A stretch of 64,000 nucleotides of DNA, taken from the NCBI RefSeq assembly GCF_028641065.1, contig NC_073381.1, positions 39,804,001 through 39,868,000 on the forward strand, written 5' to 3'. Below the pieces are notes generated by a model. The model was not told the DNA's origin. It saw only the letters and a program-made list of their open reading frames with translations, and made no database searches. The stretch is from Leucoraja erinacea. Lineage: Eukaryota. How positions within the stretch are numbered: position 1 is the first letter of the stretch; each line of letters starts with the position of its first letter. The translations under genes were made by a program, and so were the position numbers. This document shows, piece after piece, positions 1 to 20,356 of this stretch.

Positions 1-463
1 TGTCAGGACTGTCTTATGAAGAAAAGACTGGATAGACTTGGTTTATACTCTCTAGAATTTAGGAGATTGAGAGGGGATCTTATAGAAACTTACAAAATTC
101 TTAAGGGGTTGGACAGGCTAGATGCAGGAAGATTGCTTCCGATGTTGGGGAAGTCCAGGACAAGGGGTCACAGCTTAAGGATAAGGGGGAAATCCTTTAA
201 AACCTAGATGAGAAGAACTTTTTTCACACAGAGAGTGGTGAATCTCTGGAACTCTCTGCCGCAGAGGGTAGTCGAGGCCAGTTCATTGGCTATATTTAAG
301 AGGGAGTTAGATGTGGCCCTTGTGGCTAAGGGGATCAGAGGGTGTGGAGAGAAGACAGGTACGGGATACTGAGTTGGATGATCAGCCATGATCATATTGA
401 ATGGCGGTGCAGGCTCGAAGGGCCGAATGGCCTACTCCTGCACCTAATTTCTATGTTTCTATA
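1..463 (+). mobile_element. CR1 LINE 3' fragment (young subfamily)
   Basis: RT C-terminus [27 protein letters not shown], followed by a 3' UTR ending in (TTTCTATG)n; near-identical copies at 9803, 27580 and 51991. Confidence 0.9.
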
Positions 464-781
464 ATATGCTTGGTATTTATGCAGTCTGCAAGATGATAAA
501 TAACATTTTTGGAGAATATGGAGCTGATAAATTCGCTTGTATAATTGTGGATCGGAAGAGGTTTGGATTTATTGTTATAATTACTGTGCTTATAAACTTT
601 CCCTGATCAATAAGTAGCGCTTTCAGCATTGGATTTCATTTTGGGCATTTCAAGCTTGTGATTTTTTTTTTTATTGCTTCAATTACTTTCAACCTACCCA
701 ATTTTATCCTCATGTTGATGCCATTTTTATTGAATCTTGCCACTTAGCCATGTGGGGTCACTGAGATTAGCAGGAGATATG

Positions 782-1072
782 ATTAGTTTAGTTTAAAGAT
801 ACAGCGTGGAAACAAACCCTGGAGCCCACCAGGTCTAGGCCAACCAACGATTACCCATATACTAGTACTATCCTACACACTAGGGACAATTTACAGAAGC
901 CAATTAACCTACAAACCTGCACATCTTTTGAATGTGGGAGGAAACCGGAGCACCCAGAGAAAACCCCCGTGGTCACAGGGATAACTTGCAAACTCCACAC
1001 AGACAGCACCTGTGATCAGGATTGAACCTGGATCTCTGATGCTGTAAGGCAGCAGCTCTACTGCTGTGCCGC
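782..1072 (-). mobile_element. SINE (HE1-like shark/ray SINE)
   Basis: Tail tttagtttagagatacagc-tggaaac and core gtgggaggaaaccggagcacccagagaaaacc; related copies at ~3640-3935, ~12770-13000, ~39990-40260 and ~60730-60980. Confidence 0.7.
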
Positions 1073-3079
1073 CCTAAAGCTGATCTAAAGCTTGATCAAA
1101 AAAGGTTTGTTTTAGGAGAATCTCAAAGGTGAATGAACAGGTTTATGGTAACAACTCCAAAGCTTAAGGCAATCTTAATTTAATTTATGTCCCAGGATAA
1201 AGGCTTGAATGTGTAGAGCAGTTTTGTCTTTGCAACATTTGTCTGGGCCAAGTCAAACACCATGGCCCATCTTTTCTCTAAATCTGCGTACTATTCCAGT
1301 ATGTTTCTGAAAAAAATCTCTTTGCCAGCTCCACTCAACCTTCAACAAGATGAAATAAATTATGGAATGTCATTAAGATTAAGGCCATCTGTTCAGCTGT
1401 CTCTTCTATTTCATTTTGAATTCATTTGGGAAAATTTGACCTGGTGGGTTTCATTTCACGTCAAGTCATAGAGCAGAATGTGTTTTTCACTGTCATTCTC
1501 ACCTCGTATCCTAACTCGGTTCACCCAACTTTTCTTTCATTATATTAATTAATATGATTAACAAGATTCTACAAATGGTCCATTTTATTCTCTTCCCCAT
1601 CTCCAGCTCCTCAGACTTGCACCCTCAATCCTCCCACACATCAGTCTCATCTGCAAATTTCAGTCTGTCATCAGACCCAATCACATAATTCCCTTGTCGG
1701 ATGCTCCATTCCTTTTCCTTAACCAGACTGTTGCCGGCTTTGCTGCACTTTTTGATCCTGCAATGATCTTTCATTCTGCATTTCAGCAACGCTATCTGCA
1801 TTTACTTCTGAAATATTATTTATTATTTCATCAGCCCAACATGGCCTCTGTTAACTTGAACAAGTCATCAACCTGAAATAATAACTCTCTTTTTCCCCTC
1901 TGTAGATGTTACCTGACATGTTGATTATCTCACATATTTATGTTTTTTTCTTAAATATCTCGAGGAAGATTCAAAATAAAGGTTCATTTCTAAAATATGT
2001 GAGGAAATGTGAGAATAGCAGATTGATAGAAGCAATTAGAAGAATCTGCTGTGGATTTGGAAATAATTCTACAACTAAAATTAGAAATTCTGGTTTTGTT
2101 ATACAAATAAGCTTTTGTATATAATATTTTGTTAAGGCAAAAGGTTGCAGAACAATAACTTTAAATTGCTCTCATTTATTTCCTGATTACAGTCTTAATC
2201 TGAGTGTTGAGTAAACTGTGGGTTTATGATTAAGGCAAGTCAAGGCAGATTTACTTCTGGTTGAAAACTGGGTCAAGTGATTTCCCTAAGGATCGGGAAA
2301 GGGACATATTTTATGTTCAGATTTATACATAATATGAAGAAGATGGTGATGTATGAAAGGATGTGAACTTTTTTTAAATCTTGTGGTTAGCTCCAGTTTA
2401 TACATTTGTGTCTCGATGTGAAAGAAGTATTTGCAGAATAAATTATGTGTTCTGTTAGCACTATACATTTCCTGCTTTGAGTACCTTCTACAGTACTGTC
2501 ATGCTGTTAATATTGTGCCTTTCCACCTCAGTGGAATGTCAAATGGATTTTTTTATCAATTGTCCTATTTTACTCTGGTAAACCATCATGGAGACACCGA
2601 TTTATTTTGTTAAGCAGTCTGCTGCATTTTTGGCCACTACAGATCCAAACGGAACATCCAAGTGAATAAGTGGCAGGTACCATAACTAAAAACGGCTGGA
2701 ACTAAGAAATAAATGTTTGCTTGAGGTTTTATGTGCATGACATTTGTTTTCTTTACTGTAGAGCACAGCTTTGAACATTGAACATCTAAATGTATGTCAA
2801 TCAGGAATGCTTTCTCAGAACTCATTTATATTAAAATTAAAGGAAAAATTGCATTCCTTTTACTTCCTAATTTCCTGACCTATCGACGAGAGATTGGATC
2901 CTGTGGAAAATCTGACTAGCATTAATAGCAAAATTGGTGTAATACAACATCAATAAACATACATATCCTATTTTTCTGTTGTAAATTATCCCATGAAAAA
3001 AAACAGATTTTAATTTTCTTTCCTTGTAATGAATAGGTTGGCATGAAACCAAATGTAATCTAATTTTGTAAATTTGCAG

Positions 3080-4965
3080 CACTTCATTTGCGGGACTATG
3101 AAGACATAATCCCATCGGTGGAAATTTATTCTTTACTAGCACTGTCTGCTTGTGCTAATCGGGCCTTTGGGACATGTTCCAAAGCTTTTATCAAGCTTGA
3201 ATCTTTAGACATGTTGACATCAGAACAGAGACAGCAGTATGAGGATTTGGCCCTTGAGATCTTCATCAAGCACAGCCCGAAAGATGGCAAGAAATCTGAT
3301 TTTGACAGTATCCCTGAAGGGTGAGTACAAAACATTTGTTAGAAAAATATTGCAGGAACATTTTGATTCTGCTTATAAGTATAATTTAGATTCCTTATTA
3401 ATAAAAAATAGAAACGAAAACAGTAGAGGGAAAGATAACTGAGTAAATTGAAGGATGGCCAGAAAGATACAAATATTTTAAAAGGTGCAAACCATTGCTA
3501 CAATTCTACTGAAATGTTTTTGATTATTTGTAATGATAATAAATCATCAGTGAAAGTCAGCATGACTGTGAAATTAATGTTTAATGGAAGGGGAGCTTAA
3601 TTGCCATGGAAGAGGCTTCAAAAAAGTGCAGCTTGGTAATTTAGTTTAGAGATACAGCATGGAAACAGGCCTTTTGGCCAACCATGCCAACCAGCAATCC
3701 CTGTTGCCTAGCACTATCCTACACATTAGGGACAATTTACAATTTTTACTTAAGCCAATTAATTGACAACCCTGTACATCATTGTAATGTGGGAGGAAAC
3801 TGGAGCACCCAGAGAAAACCCACGTGGCCAGGGGGAGAACATACAAACTCTGTACAGACAGCACCCATAGTTGGGATCAAAACTGGGTCTCTGCCGCTGC
3901 AAGGCAACAACTACTGCTGCCCCACCATGCTGCCCTAGTTGCTGCGGAAGAGGTGAGGCAAAGAGACATCTCAATCGCAATAATACTTTATTAGCCAAGT
4001 CTGTTTTGCAACATACGAGGAATTTCATTTGCCAAGTCATACAAATAAAAAACAACAGAACACACAAAATACATTAACATAAACGTCCACCACAGTGACT
4101 CCTCCACATTCCTCACTGTGCTGGATGGCGATAAAAAGTTAAAATCTCTTCCCTTCTATGCTCTCCCATGGTCAGGGGCCTTGAGCCCTCCGTTGATGGG
4201 ACGCTCTTGACTCCCGTAGTCGGTGGTCGGGCCCTCTACTTTGGGGTGCTCAAGTCCTGCATCGGAGGGATGTCAGCTCCTAGCGATCGGAACCCGCGTC
4301 GGGGCTGGTCGAGCCTCTGCATCGTTGGAGCTTCCCGACTCGGCTTCTCCCAAGACTGCGAGCTCTTGATGATAAGTCTGCAGGCCGTGGTTGGAGCGAT
4401 CCCAGGCAAGGGATCAACTCCGATGTTAAGTCCACGCCCCAAGGTGGGGCTCAAGTCAGTCCAAGGAGTCCTCCAGCTCCATCGATGGTAGGCCACAGGG
4501 TGACTGGAGATGCGATCCGGAAAACAATCGCATCTCCGGCAAGGTAAGAAACTGAAAAAAAGTTTCCCCCTCCCCCCACATAAAACTGGAGAACATTTAC
4601 ACAAACTTTTAAGACAATAAAAAATGTTAAAAAGACTAAAAAAGACAGACTGTTGATGGGGTTGCCACTCGTATGGCGCCCCTGGTCGTTCTATACCTTT
4701 CTTCAAACTTACGTCCATATAATACATAGTGGACTATGTATTACTACAACCATTGGACAGCATTTGATTAAAACTTATTTTTAATGAAAATGTCAATCAT
4801 TCTTTCTTTCACAGAGGAGAAGGAAAACTTCCGACGTGTATTGTGACAGGACGGCCAATTGCAGATTACCAGTTCTGGATGTGTGGCGTCTGTAAACATT
4901 GTGCTCATGAACAGGATATCAGTAACCACAATTTCTGTCCCCTATGTCATAACCCTGTGGGGTAA
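3080..4965 (+). CDS. WDR35: WD repeat-containing protein 35 (IFT121), last two coding exons: 3080-3320 and 4815-4965
   Basis: Spliced translation [40 protein letters not shown]...[51 protein letters not shown] matches the vertebrate WDR35 C-terminus; canonical AG/GT sites, phases fit; candidate polyA signal ATTAAA at 5197-5202. Confidence 0.96.
3640..3935 (-). mobile_element. SINE (HE1-like)
   Basis: Same family as 782-1072. Confidence 0.7.
3980..4690 (-). mobile_element. Non-autonomous retroposon with Rex1-like 3' tail
   Basis: Minus strand ends in ...gaaattcctcgtatgttgcaaaacagacttggctaataaagta, a Rex1/Babar-type tail; GC-rich body; a related element lies at ~50800-51380 in the opposite orientation. 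Confidence 0.5.
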
Positions 4966-5431
4966 ATTGGCAGAGGCTAACCAATTTTAGCCTTATTTCT
5001 CCACTGAACAGTAGTTAAAATGCCTGATGTATAATCACTGATATTTCCAGTGAATTTATCTGTCTCCATCTCTTACTGAAAATGTATTTTTTTCCAATGC
5101 ATCTCATGGAAGCAGCGGTACAGAGAAATGTAATTTATTATATCTTAAAAAGTGTTGTTATAACAATTTGATAGAAGGCAAATTATTTAAACCTTAATTA
5201 AAAAAGGTGTGCACAAGTGAATTGCAGTTTCATTATTTCCAAGTAGAAGTAACAGCCGTATTTTAACCTTTCCCACTAACCCCTCATAGATACACAAACA
5301 TACCCTACTTCCTCCCCACTGTTCCCCTCCCCCCGACTTCGCCACACCCACCGTTGAAACGGCTGCCGGGCTCTGGGCGGAGCAATGCGAGGAAGTGGAG
5401 CAGTAAATGCTGTGGAAGGGTTGTGTGGGGA

Positions 5432-13408
<7,977 letters not shown>

Positions 13409-13919
13409 AACATCGCAGTTTGGCCACAAACATTAGTTTTGTGTTTGCACAATTTAAGTAAATAATATCAAAAATACACTTCTAAAAAAATATTTTGTAT
13501 GGGTTGATTGTTGAAGTTGATATTGCTTGTATCTGCTGTGAAATTTAATACAATGAAAATTACTATGGTGTCCAAATGATCACTCTTATTTTTGGATTGT
13601 AGTTACCATCACAGGATTAGAGTCTGAAGTCACATATTGTCCAGGAATAAGGATAACATATTTCTCTCCCTACAATTTATGACAATCTGCTAATTTCATA
13701 ATTGTCATTACTGTTTATTCCAGAGTTGTTATGTGAATTAAATGTATATACCATAATAGGAATTGACCTGGCATCTTTACATCTAAAGCATAGGTTTCTG
13801 AATACCCAGCAAGTTACTTAACCATTATGTTGTTAACCATGTGGTGATCTTTTTTTAAACTTAAAAACATATTTAGAATATTTTATTTTCCAAAATAAAA
13901 CTGGTAAGTCAGTTACATA

Positions 13920-14832
13920 AATGCAGATGACACAAAGTTGGATGACAGTGAGGAGGATGCTATGAGAATGCAGGTGACTTGGACAGGTTGGGTGAATGGG
14001 CAGATGTATGGCAGATGCAGTTTAATGTGGATACATTTGAGGTTATCCACTTTGGTAGCAAAAACAGGAAGGTAGATTATTATCTAAATGGTGTCACGTT
14101 GAGAAAAGGGGAAGTACAACGGGATCTGGGGATCCTTGTTCATCAGTCAATGAAAGTAAGCATGCAGGTACATCAGGCAATGAAGAATGCGACTGGCATG
14201 TTGGCCTTTATAACAAGAGGAGTTGAGTATAGAGGTCCATCTGCAGTTGTACAGGGCCCTAGTGAGACCACACCTGGAGTGCATTTTTGGAGTGCATTGT
14301 GTGCATTTTTTATCTCCAAATTTGAGGAAGGACATTCTTGCCATTGCGGGAGTGCAGCGTCGGTTCATAAGGTTAATTCCCGGGATGGCGAGACTATCAT
14401 ATGCTGAGAGAATGGAGCGGCTGGGCTTGTATAATCTGGAATGTAGAAGGATGAGAGGGTATCTTATTGAAACATAAGATTATTAAGGGTTTGGACGCGC
14501 TAGAGGCAGGAAACATGTTCCCGATGTTGGGAGAGTCCAGAACCAGGGGCCACAGTTTAAGAATAAGCCATTTAGAACAGAGATGAAGAAATACTTTTTT
14601 TTCCACAGAGAGTTGTGAGTCTGTGGAATTCTATGCCTCAGAGGGCAGTGGAGGCCGGTTCTCTGGAAACTTTTGAGAGCTAGATAGGGCTCTTGAAGAT
14701 AGCGGAGTCAGGGGATGGGGGGAGAAGACAAGAATGGGGTGCTGATTGTGGATGATCAGCCATGATCACATTGAATGGCGGTGATGGCTTGAAGGGCCGT
14801 GTGGCCTACTCCTGCACCTGTTGTCTAGTGTC
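13920..14832 (+). mobile_element. CR1 LINE fragment
   Basis: ADDTKL...DRLGEWADVWQMQFNVD RT C-terminus with frameshifts, and a CR1 tail. Confidence 0.88.
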
Positions 14833-15139
14833 TTACCAGTAAATCATCAGAAATCTCAACTTAACAAACCATTTGGTCGTTTGGGAACATGCAAGTCAGT
14901 AACTGACTTTAGTTGAATCCCACTTACCTGCTTCTATGTGCACAACCTTGAAGATTATGACCCTTCAACTATGCAGCCAAGTACATTAGACTTAATAGAC
15001 ATTTCTACATCCAGGAGTTCCAGTTCCAAACTACTGGTTGAGCAATTGGTTATTGGTTTCTTCTTTATTGTCACAGTTTTCCTCACTGTCACCCCATTAC
15101 ACGATGGATGTGGAGGCTTTGAAGGTGGTACAGTAGCGG

Positions 15140-16030
15140 TTCACCTACCTGGATTAGAGGGCATTCGCTAGAAGGAGAGGATGGCCAAATCAGGATTTTT
15201 TTTTCTTTGGCATAAGAGTGGCTGAGGGGAGACCTGATGGAAATATATAAAATTATGAGAAGCATAGATAGGGTAGACAGTCCGAACCTTTTTGCCAGAG
15301 TGCAATTGTCAGACTAAAGTGAAAAGGGGAAGGTTTAACAGAGAAATATGGTACAAGTGTTTTTCCTTTACAGCGAGCGATGGATGTCTGGAATTCGTTG
15401 ACAGAGGTGATGGCTGAGGCAGATACAATAGTGGCATTTGTGAGGCTTTTGGATAGGCATATGGAAAAGCAGGGAGTGGAGAAATATGGATCATATGTAG
15501 ACAGAGGAGATTAATTTAACTCGGCATTATGTTCTGCAAGAGCATTGTGGGCCGAAGGGCCTGGCCCTGTGCTGTACTGTTTTATGTATTATCTTTGTGA
15601 TCCTGCTTCTCAACCTCCAAATCTCTATATTTACTCCGTCGGACTTCGGTCCTTTGACAACCCATGTTGTTGATACCAATGTATTTGACGACCTCTGGCT
15701 GCTCAGCGAGTATAGACGTTGGGAGGTCATGTTGCAGTTTTATAAGACATAAGTGAGGCCACATTTAGGGTAATGTATTCAGTTTTGGGCACCGTGTTGT
15801 AGGAAAGGTGTTGCCAAGCTGGAAAGGGTGCAGAGAAGTTTTAAGAGGATGTTGCCAGGACTCAAGGGCCTGAGCTATAGGGAGGCTAGGACTCTATTCC
15901 TTGGAGCATTGGGGGATGAGGGGTGATGTACAGAATCGTGAGAGGAATAGATGCGGTAAACACACAATCTCTTGCCAGAGTCGCGGAATCGAGAACCAGA
16001 GGACATAGGTTTAAGGTGAGGGGAAGAGGA
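15140..16030 (+). mobile_element. Old CR1 fragments
   Basis: Degenerate LRGDL-E-YKIMR-IDRVD and LERVQR-F-RMLPGL segments. Confidence 0.65.
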
Positions 16031-16049
16031 GGACGGACCCGAGGGGTGA

Positions 16050-16700
16050 CTTTTTAAAAAAAACACATCTTCGCACTTTGCGTCTGTAGATGTTTGCATT
16101 GTCCCGTTTACCTGCTCCGAGAAAGGTACATTCGCGAAAGGCTTGAATTACTGATTTGAAGCAGAATGAATACAAATCCTTCTTTAAAACAGCTGGAATG
16201 CAGATATGCCGGTCTAAATGTCGACAATCCTCAATTATGTCAAAATGAAAGTTAGCGCAGTCGTTTAGTGAAAGCGGATGTTGGATACTTTTGTTTGAAA
16301 GACTCGCTTTAAGGTCACCTGGAGTTGCAATGTGAACGGGCTGAGCGTGGATTGGTGTACGGGAGTTTAGCGCGGTGTTGTTGGAAACGAGTGCAGGTCG
16401 TTCAGGTGGAGAGTGGGTGCCTGGGGAAAAGGAGCCGATCCTGCGATCACAGTGAGTTGTAGCAGCGACTTGGACGTTGTCAGCCAACGAGCTTTGGCGG
16501 CTCTTCTGACAACTCAATTTTACAGACACCCACTGCATTCGATATTTAAGAGCCCACTTATAAAGGGACAAAACCTTCCGTCTGTTTGCATATAGTCGTC
16601 CATTTCGGGTAGATATCCACGTTACCGTGTTATCTCTGAACAGAGTAAGGGGTGCACTGTTTAACCCGGCTTCATGGGCTAAAGAGCTGTTTGCCGAGAG
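16050..16700 (+). promoter_or_regulatory. CpG-rich unique segment, candidate promoter / first exon
   Basis: CpG-enriched non-repeat DNA; E-boxes CACCTG 16316-16321 and CAGGTG 16403-16408; reverse CCAAT 16351-16355; donor-like A|GTGAGT at 16452. Confidence 0.4.
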
Positions 16701-18204
16701 ACAAGTAGGTGGTTTGTAGAGATGTGTGGAAAGGAATCAGAGGCATTAGCAATGAGTCTTCTGGCGAGCAAGACGTTGGATGTCATTGGCCTAGAAAGAT
16801 GCAGAAAAGATTTACGAGGAGCAAACTACAAAGAACTGGAATAACTCAGCGGGCCAGGCAGCATCTGTGGAGGGAATGGACAGGCGACGTTTGGGTTCCT
16901 TCTTCAGACAAGAAAAGTCTCTGTCGTCAGACTAAGTTGCTAGGGTTAGAAGGACTGAGTGAAACAGAGAAGTTGGGCAAGCTAGGATTATTCTTTGGAG
17001 CGTCGGAGACAGATGGGAGATCTTATAGAGGTGTATATAACCACGAGAGGGATGGATTGGATAAATGCATGCAGTCTCCCCCCCCCCCCCACAGTACGGG
17101 AATCAAGAACTAGAGGGCATGGGTTTAAGGCGAGAGGGGAAAGATTTAACAGGAGTCCGTGGGGCAACCTTTTCCACACAGAGGGTGTGGTTGAGGCAAG
17201 TGGAATAACATAATTGAAAAAATATTTCATCATGTTTAGAGGGATATGGATGAAATGTGGGCAAATGGTGCCTAGATTAGGTGGTGTGGATGGATGGATG
17301 GGTTAAAGAGCCATATGACACAATGATTTAATGACTCTACATATTACAGTCATCACTCTTATTTTCTTCCTATTCCATTCCTGCCACATTCTGAACAGTG
17401 TTGTGTTCCTTCCCTTGCTTTCCAACCCGATTAACCCCTTTTAACATTCCCCGTCAAAGAATGGATGGCACAGGCTGAGATATTTTCTCTCTCTCAACAT
17501 CTTTCCCTTGTACGTGCTCAGCATATCTCTGAATCCAACAAACAATTCCGCTCAGAATTAAACTTTGATAAAGATGAAAATCAATTAAAAATGGGAAAAT
17601 GTTCCATCTTTCACCAGCCTCTATCTTTTGTTAATAATGTTTTGGGAATCAACTTTTCCCAATTGCTATCAATTGCGGGTGAGGAGGCAAATTACCACGT
17701 TTTTCCTGCTGCCACCAATGTAGACGCATTGTGAGTACAGAGGCGAATAAAAAGGGGCTTCAGTGGATACCGAGTAGACAGAACACAAGGTGGAAAAATG
17801 TGAGGCCAACCTCATTGTTGAATTAGTGAAAAGCAGAGTATTTGTTCAACAGTGAGAGATTGAGTAGTGTTGATATTCAGTGGGGCCCCGAGAACACTTA
17901 CACATACAAAAAATAGAATGCTAGAAAAAATTAAAACGACCCAAAAGGGCCACATAGTCCACTCTTGCTCCTATATCCTGTGTTTATAATCACTGAAGAT
18001 CATTTCAGGCAACAACATAGGTGGATGATTAACCATTTTTTAATTTTTTTTTAAATACATAAAAGTCAGGACATGGGGGAAAAATATGAATTATGGAATC
18101 CTGTCAATTTGATGAATTTTGTTGTGTCTCATAAACAGCACAATGACTTCCTATATTTTCAGTCTTGACCACAAATTACTCTGTTCAAAATACTTCCTTA
18201 AAAT

Positions 18205-18960
18205 CATTATAATAATAATACATTTTATTTATGGGCGCCTTTCAAGAGTCTCAAGGACACCTTACAAAAAATTAGCAGGTAGAGGAAAAACATGCAAGGG
18301 GAATGAAATAAATAGTAGAGACATGACCAGCACACAAAGTAAATACAGAATTCAATACAAAACACAGTACGAGGCAATTAATGCACAGATGAAAAGGGAC
18401 GGCACGTGGGGCTAAGGATAGGCAGAGGTGAAGAGATGGGTCTTGAGGTGGGACTGGAAGATGGTGAGGGACACGGAATTGCGGATCAGTTGGGGGAGGG
18501 AGTTCCAGAGCCTGGGAGCTGCCCTGGAGAAGGCTCTGTCCCCAAAACTGCGGAGGTTGGACTTGTGGATAGAGAGGCGACCAGCTGATGTGGATCTGAG
18601 GGACCGTGAGGGTTGGTAGGGGGAGAGGAGGTCAGTGAGATATGGGGGGGGGGGGCAGATGGTGGAGGGCTTTGTAGGTGAGGATCAGGATTTTGTAGGT
18701 GATCCGGTGGGAGATGGGAAGCCAGTGAAGTTGTTTGAGGACTGGAGTGATGTGATGCCAGGATTTGGTGTGGGTGATGAGTCGGGCGGCTGCGTTCTGG
18801 ACCAGTTGAAGTCGGTTGATGTAGGTGGAGCTGATACCAAGGAGAAGTGAGTTGCAATAGTCCAGTCGGGAGGAGATGAAGGCATGGATGAGTCTTTCAG
18901 CAGCGGGCGGTATGAGAGAGGGTCTGAGTTTGGCGATGTTGCGGAGATGAAAGAAGGATA
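18205..18960 (-). mobile_element. L2-type LINE 3' fragment
   Basis: FFHLRNIAKLR...IHAFISSRLDYCNSLL...LQLVQNAAARL...LHWLPISHRITYKIL; (ATT)n tail. Confidence 0.88.
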
Positions 18961-19756
18961 TTATGACCAATATAGACGGTTAACCAAAATTTAAGTATTA
19001 AAATTTAATTGCACCATTATTTAAATTTTCACTGGACTGACACAGAATATCATCAAAACACTCGGCTGGGGGCTAGATTTCAAATCATACAGTAATAACC
19101 TTCACTCCAATTCACATGGTGGGTATATGGAATGAACTGCCAGGAGATACTTCAGGCAGGTACAAAAACAATATTTAAAAGACACTTGGACAGATATGTG
19201 AATAGGAACGGTTTTCAGGGATATGGACCAAATGCTGGCAAATGGGATGAACTTAGATGGGGCATCTGTGTCAGCATGAATGATTTGGGCTGAAGGGCCT
19301 GTTGGAAGTGCTATATGACTACAGTAACTATGGAGCGTTATACTATGTGAGATTTCTAACATTGTATCACACGACTGATTTCAGTAAAACATACCCACCC
19401 TCTCCCAAACAGATTGATTTCTATAAGCACTAACACCATTTTACATATTGAAAGAATAGAAATTAGGTGGAGTAGGCCATTTATCAATATGATCATGGCG
19501 AACCTGGCTGCTGCTACCATTTGTCTTCCTACTCGCCTTTACTCAGCTTTGGTACAGCTGGGTATCCAGTACAATTTGATGCCAATGCTGGTGAAAGGGC
19601 ACAAAAAAGGGTTTTGTGCCCTTGCTGTATTTCTTCTGAATCTGAGTCTACGGCAGTTTCTATGATTTTGGCTGCACTTGGTCTTCAAGGGAGCAGAGGT
19701 CACACAAACCAGACATGCAGTTGGAGTGAGCTGTCAGTGTAGCTAAAATGGAATGC

Positions 19757-20065
19757 ACATAGAAAATAGGTGTAGGAGTAGGTCATTCGCCACTTCAAGC
19801 CAGCACCGCCATTCAATCTGATCATGCCTGATCATCCACAATCAGCACCCTGTACCGACCATCTCCCCATATCCCTCGATTCCGCTAGACCAAAGAGCTC
19901 TATCCAACTCTTTTGAATGCATCCAGTGAATTGGCCTCCACTGCCTTCCGAGGCAGAGCATTCCACAAATTCACAACACTGGGTGAAAAAGTTTTTCATC
20001 ATCTCAGTTCTAAATAGCCTACCCCTTATTCTTAAACTGTGCCCCCAGGTTCTGGACTCCCCCAA
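19757..20065 (-). mobile_element. CR1 3' fragment
   Basis: GESRTWGHSLRIRGRLFRTEM and CR1 tail. Confidence 0.85.
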
Positions 20066-20066
20066 A

Positions 20067-20271
20067 AAAAGTTTACATTCTTCCACAGGGCTTGTATTCA
20101 CTGGAATTTAGAAGGACGAGGGGATCTTATAGAAACATAAAATTATTGAGGGATTGGACACATTAGATGTAGGAAACATGTCCAATCCCCAATCATTTTA
20201 TGTTTATATAAGATCCCCTCATCCTTCTAAATTCCAGTGAATACAAGCCCTGTGGAAGAAAGTCAACTTTT
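20067..20271. repeat. Long inverted repeat (CR1-derived foldback); arms 20067-20160 and 20179-20271
   Basis: Right arm is the reverse complement of the left over ~93 bp with few mismatches; 18-nt spacer. Confidence 0.9.
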
Positions 20272-20356
20272 ATTTACTTTGCATCCATCTGAAAAAAGTT
20301 TATTTACAGCATAAACTTGCAGTACTTTAGCTTCCTGTGCTAACTCTCATAGGCTG

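Noticed and set aside
16011-16571. 186-aa minus-strand ORF
   Set aside because: No recognisable domain, it runs into CR1 sequence, and it is likely a by-product of the GC-rich segment
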